In this document: positions 56,679-64,000 of the stretch, piece by piece | Layout of the letters: every line of letters begins with the position of its first letter | Position numbering within the stretch: the first letter of the stretch is position 1 | NCBI GenBank assembly: GCA_003142295.1 | Contig: PLLV01000135.1 | Span: 3,795-67,794, forward strand | Source: Syntrophaceae bacterium | GTDB lineage: Bacteria; Desulfobacterota; Syntrophia; Syntrophales; UBA2185 | Length of the DNA stretch: 64,000 nt | Reading direction: 5' to 3' | Translations under genes and position numbers: made by a program | Notes under the pieces: generated by a model | What the model saw: only the letters and a program-made list of their open reading frames with translations | Told to the model about the DNA's origin: nothing | The model's database searches: none

Positions 56679-59627
56679 TTAAATATCCGTTTGAAGGGGG
56701 AACCTGACATAAAAAGAAGCGCCCCCCCACTCATTGTTCTCCGCCCAGATCATGCCTCCGTGATCATGGACGATGCCGTACGATATGGAAAGCCCCAGTC
56801 CCGTTCCTTTTCCCTGTCCCTTGGTGGTAAAAAACGGATCAAAGATTTTCGACATATGTTCACTCTTGATACCCGTGCCGGTGTCGGCGATTGTTATTTT
56901 CAGTTGATCGTGATCCCCGAACACCGTTTCCTTCTCCGTTGTTATGCGCAACACTTTTTTCTCTTTCCCCTCCATGGCGGCCAAGGCGTTTGTAATCAGG
57001 TTCAGAATAACCTGCTCTATCTTTTCTCTGTCCATGGCGATTGCCGGCAAATCCGACTGGTATTGCACCTCTATTTCTACTCCCTCTATCTTCAACTGCG
57101 TTGCGTATAAAGTCAGAACATGGGCGATGACACCGTTGATATCGGCCGTGATCATCTTTTTTTCGGAGATGCGGGAAAACTGTTTGAGATTTTCCGCAAT
57201 GATGACGATGCGGCTGATTTGGGCCATGCAGACCTCTAATTCTTCCAGCACTTCGGGTGAGGGGTTTTCCATAGTCTGCAATATCTGCAATTCCAAGGAG
57301 ATGATACTCACGGGATTGAGGATCTCGTGGGCAACCCCGGCGGATAATCGACCCATGGACGCGAGCTTTTCCGACTGGAGCAACTGGTCTCTTGCATTTT
57401 GCAGGTCTCTTTCCACCTGATTCTTCTCGGTTACATCCTGCACGATCCCGACTATCCTGACGATCTTGCCGGTGTCATCAATGATGGGTTCCAGCAGTTG
57501 ACGGACGTCACACACCGCGCCGTCACACCGGACGATGCGATGTTCTATTTCGCTCGTTGCTCCTTCATGCATGGCTTTTTCAACGGCTTTTTTTACCATC
57601 TCTCTGTCCTCGGGAAAAACCAGCTCGGAGAAGGCTTCATAGGTTCCGTCAAACATCTGAGGCGTGGCCGCCCCTACGATCCGGGAAATCTCGTCGGAGC
57701 AGTACATGTCATCGCTTTCGATATTCCATTCCCAGTTTCCGATGTGGGCAATTCGCTGGGCCTCCGCCAAACTCAGATTGCTTTTCTTGAGAGATTCTTC
57801 TATCCGCTTCCGGTCCGTGAGATCGATGATGGCACCCCTCAATCCCACGGGCTTCCCTTCGCGGATGACGACGCTTGGAAAGATCAGAAACGGAAAGGTG
57901 CTGCCGTCTTTTCGAAGCCCCGTGTACTCAGATGGACCCTTCCATTCCCCATTCAACAGCCTCTGAATGTTCCCTGCCAGTTTTTCCTGATCATCTGGTA
58001 TAATCATCTGAAATCCATTCAGACTTTTTTCGAAATCGGGTTGCGTATATCCGAAGGTTTCGAAGATGGCGGGATTTGCGGAAGTGACATTGCCCTGAAT
58101 GTCGGTTTCGAACAACGAAATCGGCAGGAAATCGACCAGCTCCCTGTATTTTTTTTCGCTCTCTGCCAGCGTCTCCTCTATCCGTTTGCGTTCAGTGATG
58201 TCCCTTACAACGGCTGTTACACCAAGAATTTTACCCTCCCGAATAATTGGCGTACCAGTTACTTCCCCGATTTTTCTTGTCCCATCCTTTGCAATAAATT
58301 CATAAACCGCGCCCTTGACCTCCACACCTGAAAGGACTTGTATGACATCAGAGACTGCTCTCGTAAGGGATTCTAAAGTCAGGATATTTAAATCTTGGAT
58401 AGGCCTGTTGATCACTTCTTCGACTTTGTAGCCCAATTGTCTCTCGACACTTGGAGTTATACTTGAAATATTAAAATTACGATCGATTGTAAAGATGCCA
58501 TCAGAAGTGCTTTCAAAGGCTAACAGATATTTTTCTTCGCTCTCCCGCAGCGCCTCCTCCGCCCGCTTGCGCGCAGTGATGTCCCTGGCCACCGCCTGAA
58601 AACCGATGTTTTTATCATCCTTTGACAACAATTGAGCATTTTGCCCGATCCATTTTGTTGACCCATCCTGGACGATGATGGGGAACTCAAAGTATGTGCT
58701 CGGGATTTGCTCATCGTATTGCTTTTTGTAAAAAGCTTCGATCTCATCATGAAAGTCGGGTCGTACAAAGATAAGATAATGTTTCCCCACGATTTCCGAC
58801 CTGGGCCATCCCATGATGCGCTCGGCGACGGGATTCGCATAGGTGAAATAGCCCTTGAGATTAATTGAATAAATAATATCGCTGCTGTTTTCGACGAAGA
58901 GCCGGTATTTCTTTTCGCTCTCGATTAAAGCCTTCTCCGTCTGCTTGTGCTCACCCGTCTGGGTTTCGAGATCCTGGTTGGCGGTCTCAAGTTGCGCGGT
59001 TCTCCCAACAATTCCTGCCTCCAGATCTTCATTGAGTCTGAAGATATCCTTTTCGATCCCCTCTCGTTCGGCGTTTTCTTCCTGCAGCTGATCGTTGATC
59101 GCTTCCAGTTTTTCATTGGTCTCTTTCAGTGCCATTTCAGCCCGGCGTGAGTCCCGGATGAAAACGAAAAATACCCCCATGTCCATGGACAATGCGAGCA
59201 ATAGAATCAGACAGGTCTTTTTCAACAGTGGCCGCAGAGACTGATAAATTTCAAGTTTTCCTACAACAACCCCCGCATGCATTATGTCGGAGGATCGCAT
59301 GATAAGCGGTGATTCCAGATTGTCCGAGCTTTCAGCGACGATTTCATTTTTTGTGTTCACAACGCGCCGCGTTTCTGCATGTTCTGTACTCGGACGCTTG
59401 GAAAGATATTCCATGAGTCTGACGCGTTCGAATTGCCAGTACTTGGGATTTGTAACGACAATTTGCGTCATTATTCGTGAATTGATTTCCGCTTCACTTT
59501 CGAGGGTTCCTATCATATTTTGATAGGAAAGAAGAAAATAGCCGGTGAGAAGGAGGATCACGATGGTTCCGATCACCATTGCGAGAAGCCGAATAATAAA
59601 TTTCGATATGTTTTTGTTGTTTGGCAT
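56679..59627 (-). CDS. Multi-PAS sensor histidine kinase
   Basis: 982 aa with an N-terminal TM sensor region, a coiled coil, at least 4 PAS/PAC units (repeated VARDITARKRAEEAL-type junctions), the HisKA H-box SAGVAHEILNP and HATPase N/G boxes (NLITNA, DTGTGI, GKGTGLGLS). Confidence 0.9.
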   Translation of the reverse strand: MPNNKNISKFIIRLLAMVIGTIVILLLTGYFLLSYQNMIGTLESEAEINSRIMTQIVVTNPKYWQFERVRLMEYLSKRPSTEHAETRRVVNTKNEIVAESSDNLESPLIMRSSDIMHAGVVVGKLEIYQSLRPLLKKTCLILLLALSMDMGVFFVFIRDSRRAEMALKETNEKLEAINDQLQEENAEREGIEKDIFRLNEDLEAGIVGRTAQLETANQDLETQTGEHKQTEKALIESEKKYRLFVENSSDIIYSINLKGYFTYANPVAERIMGWPRSEIVGKHYLIFVRPDFHDEIEAFYKKQYDEQIPSTYFEFPIIVQDGSTKWIGQNAQLLSKDDKNIGFQAVARDITARKRAEEALRESEEKYLLAFESTSDGIFTIDRNFNISSITPSVERQLGYKVEEVINRPIQDLNILTLESLTRAVSDVIQVLSGVEVKGAVYEFIAKDGTRKIGEVTGTPIIREGKILGVTAVVRDITERKRIEETLAESEKKYRELVDFLPISLFETDIQGNVTSANPAIFETFGYTQPDFEKSLNGFQMIIPDDQEKLAGNIQRLLNGEWKGPSEYTGLRKDGSTFPFLIFPSVVIREGKPVGLRGAIIDLTDRKRIEESLKKSNLSLAEAQRIAHIGNWEWNIESDDMYCSDEISRIVGAATPQMFDGTYEAFSELVFPEDREMVKKAVEKAMHEGATSEIEHRIVRCDGAVCDVRQLLEPIIDDTGKIVRIVGIVQDVTEKNQVERDLQNARDQLLQSEKLASMGRLSAGVAHEILNPVSIISLELQILQTMENPSPEVLEELEVCMAQISRIVIIAENLKQFSRISEKKMITADINGVIAHVLTLYATQLKIEGVEIEVQYQSDLPAIAMDREKIEQVILNLITNALAAMEGKEKKVLRITTEKETVFGDHDQLKITIADTGTGIKSEHMSKIFDPFFTTKGQGKGTGLGLSISYGIVHDHGGMIWAENNEWGGASFYVRFPLQTDI

Positions 59628-59807
59628 ATTTGTTCAGTTTGCCGGTCTGCCAAAACATTCTCGTTCTTAATTATTTTCACCAGTACTTTTCAAAGCCGGA
59701 AAAAATGAATTAATGTTTTTTATAGTGTAAGGTTAGGATAGGAGCCAGGGGAAGGCAGGTCAATATAGAATAATATGTGACGAAATATATAGATAAAATC
59801 TATATTA

Positions 59808-60674
59808 CTATAGAGACAGAAGACAGGAACGAAGATTGGGTTCCCTCTTTTTTAAACCAAGTTTTTTTCTGATGCTATTCCGGTGTGTGTTCACGGTCCC
59901 TACGGTAACACACAGCAGTTTAGCGATATTTTTTGACGTCATGCCTCCTTTGACCATACTGGCCACTCGGATCTCCGTAGGGGTTAACTTCTTGTAGTTG
60001 GATGATATGTTGTTTAAAAAGGGGGAAACAATGTCTTTAAGATTCGATTCGAGAACGTTTAAATAGCATTTACCTCTTTCATCCAGATTATAGTTTTGCA
60101 ACTCCCTGATATAGGGGAGCACGAGTTCATTGATGTTTTGCTGCAGCTTTGCTTCCAGGTTCTTCAGATCTTCCCCCCGGCGTTTCAAGAAAACCCGAAG
60201 GGCGGTATTGGCTTCCTCAAGTTGCGCCGATCGCCGAGTCAGCTCTTCCTCCATTTGTTTAAGGGTGTTCTGGGCATGTTTGCGTTCGGTTATATCGTGA
60301 TTGATGCTGAGAACCAATTTTTCACCACGGACATCGATGCGTTCCGCTGAATAGATGCCCATCCGGATATCGCCGGATTTCGTCCGGTATTCGACCCTCT
60401 CATTATAAATAGCGCCTTTTGTTTTCAGAGACTGACAGATTCTTTCATAATTTTCCCGACTCAGAATGTTTAGTTCCGGAATGCTTCGCCCGACGATTTC
60501 TTCACGGGAGTAACCCGTAAAACGGATGAATCGGTGATTGACATCAAGAAACACATGGTCCTCAAACCTGTTGATAGCCATGAGGGACGGGCTCATAAAA
60601 AATATTCTTGACAAGAGTATATTTATTTTGTCCCGTTCCAATATTTCTATTTGTAATGCCTCACTGCTCTTCAT
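59808..60674 (-). CDS. PAS-domain LuxR/GerE-family transcriptional regulator
   Basis: 288 aa with an N-terminal PAS domain, a coiled coil and the C-terminal HTH LTPTEIRVASMVKGGMTSKNIAKLLCVTVGTVNTHRNSIRKKLGL. Confidence 0.85.
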   Translation of the reverse strand: MKSSEALQIEILERDKINILLSRIFFMSPSLMAINRFEDHVFLDVNHRFIRFTGYSREEIVGRSIPELNILSRENYERICQSLKTKGAIYNERVEYRTKSGDIRMGIYSAERIDVRGEKLVLSINHDITERKHAQNTLKQMEEELTRRSAQLEEANTALRVFLKRRGEDLKNLEAKLQQNINELVLPYIRELQNYNLDERGKCYLNVLESNLKDIVSPFLNNISSNYKKLTPTEIRVASMVKGGMTSKNIAKLLCVTVGTVNTHRNSIRKKLGLKKREPNLRSCLLSL

Positions 60675-60960
60675 CCGTTCCTCCAGCCTTTCCAGCCACG
60701 CTTTCCCATATCCTCCTTTGCCTGCTGCATCATATTAGTAGTATATATAAGTTTTTGCTACGGTAGGCGACCCAAAAGCGTGGCGCCCCATTCTGTCTCC
60801 GGCTTCTGTCCGTATTTTACCACAAATATGTCAAATTATCGTAACGGATTCTTAGCAAAATCCTTTGCAGAATACCCCGCGGCTTGCCGCATGAAGCTTC
60901 GCTGTTAAAATTTAACAGCCCAATAGGGATTTTGCTGTGACGGGCGACACCAAACGTAGC

Positions 60961-61045
60961 ATTTTAAAATAAATTTTCACATAAATGATTCCGGTTTTCA
61001 AACCCGCATCTTCGTTGATGTTGACGATTTGTGGATAACAGGAAG
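60961..61045 (-). promoter_or_regulatory. Copy D of the recurrent cassette (about 300 nt upstream of the PAS-LuxR gene)
   Basis: Minus-strand reading: CTTCCTGTTATCCACAAATCGTCAACATCAACGAAGAT, hairpin GGTTT/AAACC, ATCATTTATG. The 21-nt block TTGACGATTTGTGGATAACAG is identical to copy E. The -10 is less clear. Confidence 0.45.
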
Positions 61046-61281
61046 ACAGTTATTTTTGTCTTGTGCGGAAAAATAAACGGTTCAGGCTTGTAAGTTTCAA
61101 CTCGCATTCAATGATATCGTCTGGTGGTCTCGCTTCCTGCTTTGTATTTGCAATTGATAGAGCGTGATAAGTAAAAATGAAATGTGCCGGTAATTGGTGT
61201 CACATACTTATCAATGATTTTTATATTGGAATTGGAGTAATGATTACCATTTGTAATCAGTTTTAGAGTAACATTACTGTA

Positions 61282-62304
61282 TCAACGACAGCGTCCCTCG
61301 CCTTTAGCGATGTCTAACGCTTTGCATTTTCCCAACTCACACGCCTTTTGAGCATCATGGCAGCCCAGCTTGTTGTTGCCCTGAAGAAAATAAGCAATCC
61401 CCCTGTTGCTGTAGGCTTCGGCTAAATCAGGTTGTAAGCGGATAGCTTCATTATAATCTTCGATGGCTCGCTGATACTGGTCAAGTTTACCGTATGCATT
61501 CCCTCTGTTGTAGTATGCCATGTAATCTTTCGTCTGTAGGCGGATAGCTTTATTATAGTCTTCTATGGCACGCTGATACTGGCCAAGGCGAGTGTAAATA
61601 GCACCCCTGTTGCAGTAAGCCTCGGCATAATCCGGCTTCAGGTGGATGACTTCATTAAAGTCTTCGATGGCCCGCTGATGCTGGCCAAGGCCATAGTAAA
61701 CAACCCCTCGGTTGTAATAGGCCTCGGCATAATCCGGTTTCAAGCGGATTGCTTCATTAAAGACTTCAATGGCGCGTTGATACTGGCCGAGGTCATAGTA
61801 GGCCTTACCCCGGTTTTTATAGGCCTCAGCCAAGTCCGTCTTTAGGCGATTGGCTTCATTATAATCTGCGATTGCGCGCTGCTTTTGTCCAAGCTTATCG
61901 TAAGCATATCCCCGGTTGATGTAGGCATTGGCATAATTCGGTTTCAGCCGGATAGCTTCATTATAGTCCTCAATGGCACGTTGATACTGCCCAAGGGCAG
62001 CGTAAGTATATCCCCGGTTGCTATAGGCCATGGCATCATTCGGTTTCAGCCGGATGACCTGATTATAGTCTTCAATGGCACGTTGATATTGGCCGAGGTT
62101 AAAGTAACCATTCCCCCGGTTGCCGTAGGCGTCGGCATAATCTGGTTGCAGTTTAATGGCATTGTTCAAATATTCGATAGCCTTTTCTGGATCGTTATAT
62201 TTTAATTCGTCAGCCTTATTAAACCATTCGACTGCCGTTTCACACATTGCCGGGGTACAAAGAAATGTTAAAACAAGAAAGATGGGAAAAATAATTTTGC
62301 GCAT
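61282..62304 (-). CDS. Secreted TPR-repeat protein (9 near-identical 34-aa repeats)
   Basis: 340 aa with a signal peptide. The unit QYQRAIEDYNEAIRLKPDYAEAY.NRG occurs 9 times, followed by a Cys-rich C-terminus (CHDAQKACELGKC...GRC). Confidence 0.85.
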   Translation of the reverse strand: MRKIIFPIFLVLTFLCTPAMCETAVEWFNKADELKYNDPEKAIEYLNNAIKLQPDYADAYGNRGNGYFNLGQYQRAIEDYNQVIRLKPNDAMAYSNRGYTYAALGQYQRAIEDYNEAIRLKPNYANAYINRGYAYDKLGQKQRAIADYNEANRLKTDLAEAYKNRGKAYYDLGQYQRAIEVFNEAIRLKPDYAEAYYNRGVVYYGLGQHQRAIEDFNEVIHLKPDYAEAYCNRGAIYTRLGQYQRAIEDYNKAIRLQTKDYMAYYNRGNAYGKLDQYQRAIEDYNEAIRLQPDLAEAYSNRGIAYFLQGNNKLGCHDAQKACELGKCKALDIAKGEGRCR

Positions 62305-62327
62305 ATCCGCTCCTTTTATATTTTTAA

Positions 62328-62421
62328 ATTATCATCATAGTTATCGAGAAAATAATATTAATGATTACTAGTCGACGTCCGGCATTTTCGTCGAGACTGG
62401 ATGGTTGAGTAGTTCAGGAAG
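62328..62421 (-). promoter_or_regulatory. Copy C of the recurrent promoter cassette (upstream of the TPR gene)
   Basis: Minus-strand reading: CTTCCTGAAC...TCTCGACGAAAAT...ATCATTAATA, TTAATA-16 nt-TATGAT. The -10 lies 30 nt upstream of the ATG at 62304. Confidence 0.55.
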
Positions 62422-62574
62422 GTAGTTGTAGAGGTCGCCTGTTTCATTTACCTACAAATCCACGGAATTGATGATTGGAGAAAGCTGATGATTCCCAGTT
62501 GTAAAGACTAATATTCATCCCTCCGTGTTCCCCTCCACAACTAGGTTATATCTCAAATGGAAAAATAGCCGGTA

Positions 62575-63354
62575 TTAGACGCCGAATTGTTTCTCTATGA
62601 TTCTCCTCCACCCAAGACTTCTCATTTCATCAAAGGATAATTCACTAATACGATGACCCTCATACGTAAACACTTCATCTGGTGTAACCTCTCTATCATG
62701 AAACAGATTTAGGTATTCACGCCTGACAAATATTGCATTATAATTCACATTTGCTAATAGGCTATACTGCTTACGAATTGCAAGCTCTGTCATGGACGAG
62801 ATGCTTGTTCCAGTGTAATCTGTAATACCCCACATGGACGAAATGCTTGTTCCACTAATACCCCGCACAATTGGAGAGCCTGGTTTGTTTATACGTTTTA
62901 CTCCCGGTTTATCACGTATATTAATCTCAATTATGACAACTTTGGGCTGATACTTATCTAAAGATTGCCATACATGATAGTCATCCCCATCAACATCAAT
63001 TGACAGCAGATCGAATTGTTTTGGAATAGGGGTTAGACTTAAAACGTTATCGAGTTTATTTTCCCCTTCAGGCCTTACAAAAGCATTGATACAAATAGTG
63101 TCATACGCTTTCATATTTTCGCGCAAAAGATTATATTTTAATGGATCTGCTTCAATCATAACACCACGGTAAGTTTGCTGCGATATGAAGTAATATGTAT
63201 TACTTTCATGCTTGCCATCCCATGCTCCAAGTTCTACGCACCAACCTGTCTTATCAGGTATTTTTGACAAAACGAACGCCAATATTCCATCTTCACCATG
63301 TTGAGAAAAGAATGTTTTACGGTGGCTGAGTAACTTTTCAACTGTGTCTTTCAT
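62575..63354 (-). CDS. FkbM-family methyltransferase-like protein
   Basis: 259 aa. FSQHGEDGIL...VELGAWDG..SNT....Q.YRGVMIEADP and LLSIDVDGDD match the FkbM-type pattern. The gene contains an in-frame tandem duplication. Confidence 0.6.
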   Translation of the reverse strand: MKDTVEKLLSHRKTFFSQHGEDGILAFVLSKIPDKTGWCVELGAWDGKHESNTYYFISQQTYRGVMIEADPLKYNLLRENMKAYDTICINAFVRPEGENKLDNVLSLTPIPKQFDLLSIDVDGDDYHVWQSLDKYQPKVVIIEINIRDKPGVKRINKPGSPIVRGISGTSISSMWGITDYTGTSISSMTELAIRKQYSLLANVNYNAIFVRREYLNLFHDREVTPDEVFTYEGHRISELSFDEMRSLGWRRIIEKQFGV

Positions 63355-63476
63355 GGGGTGTCACGTTTTCCATTTGTAAAATTAGGAAACATGAAATTCT
63401 TTTTGTTGCTCCTCACCACTTGAAATGATGGATTAACTTGGCAAACAGGCATGACGAATTGGAAACATTGTACCCA

Positions 63477-64000
63477 TTAGTAAGCTTTTTGTTTTATTGC
63501 TAATAGCTTTACAGTGGCGCTATTACTCTGCAATGGTCCGACTTTCTTTTCTTTTAAAAATCTAATATCGAATGCATCCCTTAATTGCGCTTTGATAAAA
63601 CCATGTGGTGGTAAATCAAGATAATTTCCCCCATGACTACCTATTGTCTCTATAAATAGATAACCTCCTATTTTGAGGGACTTTAGAAAAAATCCTATTA
63701 ACCTACAATGAAAGAAATGAACATTTATTATTGCTCCCAGAGATTCATCTTCAAATGGCCATGGGTCATTTATTAAATCTAATTGCATTGTAGTAAGTTG
63801 ATTAAAATAGTTGGGTTTTTCTAATGACAAGCTAATAGAGGATTTAATATATTCCAAGGCATCATTATCGATGTCAACACATAAAACGGGTACCCCGAAA
63901 GAGGCTATACAAGCGGCGTTTCTTCCATATCCGCATGCTACATCAACAATTGCACCATTTGAATTCAGAGCAATTTCTTCTGCAAACTTTGCTAAAATTT
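63477..64000 (-). CDS. Class I SAM-dependent methyltransferase, 5' end beyond the window
   Basis: The minus-strand frame stays open upstream of the listed 126-aa ORF to the window edge. It encodes ...AKFAEEIALNSNGAIVDVACGYGRNAACIASFGVPVLCVDIDNDALEYI (SAM motif I, DVACGYGR). Confidence 0.7.
   Translation of the reverse strand, partial: ILAKFAEEIALNSNGAIVDVACGYGRNAACIASFGVPVLCVDIDNDALEYIKSSISLSLEKPNYFNQLTTMQLDLINDPWPFEDESLGAIINVHFFHCRLIGFFLKSLKIGGYLFIETIGSHGGNYLDLPPHGFIKAQLRDAFDIRFLKEKKVGPLQSNSATVKLLAIKQKAY

Noticed and set aside
60752-60960. Two roughly 30-nt similar segments (TTTTGCTACGGTAGGCGACCCAAAAGCG at 60752 and TTTTGCTGTGACGGGCGACACCAAACG at 60929) flanking the 5' region of the PAS-LuxR gene.
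   Set aside because: Identity is only about two-thirds, over a short length, and there is no supporting secondary-structure or coding signal. This could be chance or an eroded repeat.

Overview
This is a 64-kb bacterial chromosomal segment. The gene content and the dense palindromic intergenic repeats suggest an anaerobic deltaproteobacterium-like (Desulfobacterota) genome, but that taxonomy is inference only.

Housekeeping blocks:
- a partial PBP1A gene;
- a B12-radical SAM gene;
- a MoxR/VWA pair;
- a complete liv branched-chain amino-acid ABC operon;
- a TetR-TolC-HlyD-ABC-ABC2 (ybhGFSR-like) efflux operon;
- pncB, pyrG and moaC;
- an HU gene followed by two receiver proteins, a multi-PAS histidine kinase and a PAS-LuxR regulator.

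Accessory regions:
1. Defence-like island, about 28.0-35.0 kb. It holds an unknown 327-aa protein, RelB/RelE, a 1025-aa type IIG restriction-modification enzyme, small membrane ORFs, and an AT-rich 550-aa orphan with an RNxxxH (HEPN-like) motif.
2. Integrated element from 48.3 kb. comM/yifB is truncated at codon 351 exactly where a converging large serine recombinase gene begins. The element carries PIN/Phd, DUF932, tiny Cys-rich ORFs, and a two-gene module: a 229-aa unknown plus a 403-aa protein with a C-terminal Rx4H HEPN motif. This module is my best candidate for an undescribed toxin or abortive-infection system.
3. A zinc-ribbon/Mrr-type nuclease locus split over two frames, and a lipoprotein plus TPR-CHAT protease pair.

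Non-coding signals:
- A roughly 90-230-nt promoter-plus-leader cassette (-35/-10 with a 16-nt spacer, a short hairpin, TCGTCGA, CAGGAAG) recurs at least 5 times. Every copy is in the same orientation and sits upstream of a minus-strand accessory gene.
- At least four palindromic REP-like repeat families occur, some inside operons.
- No rRNA, tRNA or CRISPR array was recognised.

All homology statements rest on motif recognition by eye, not on database searches.
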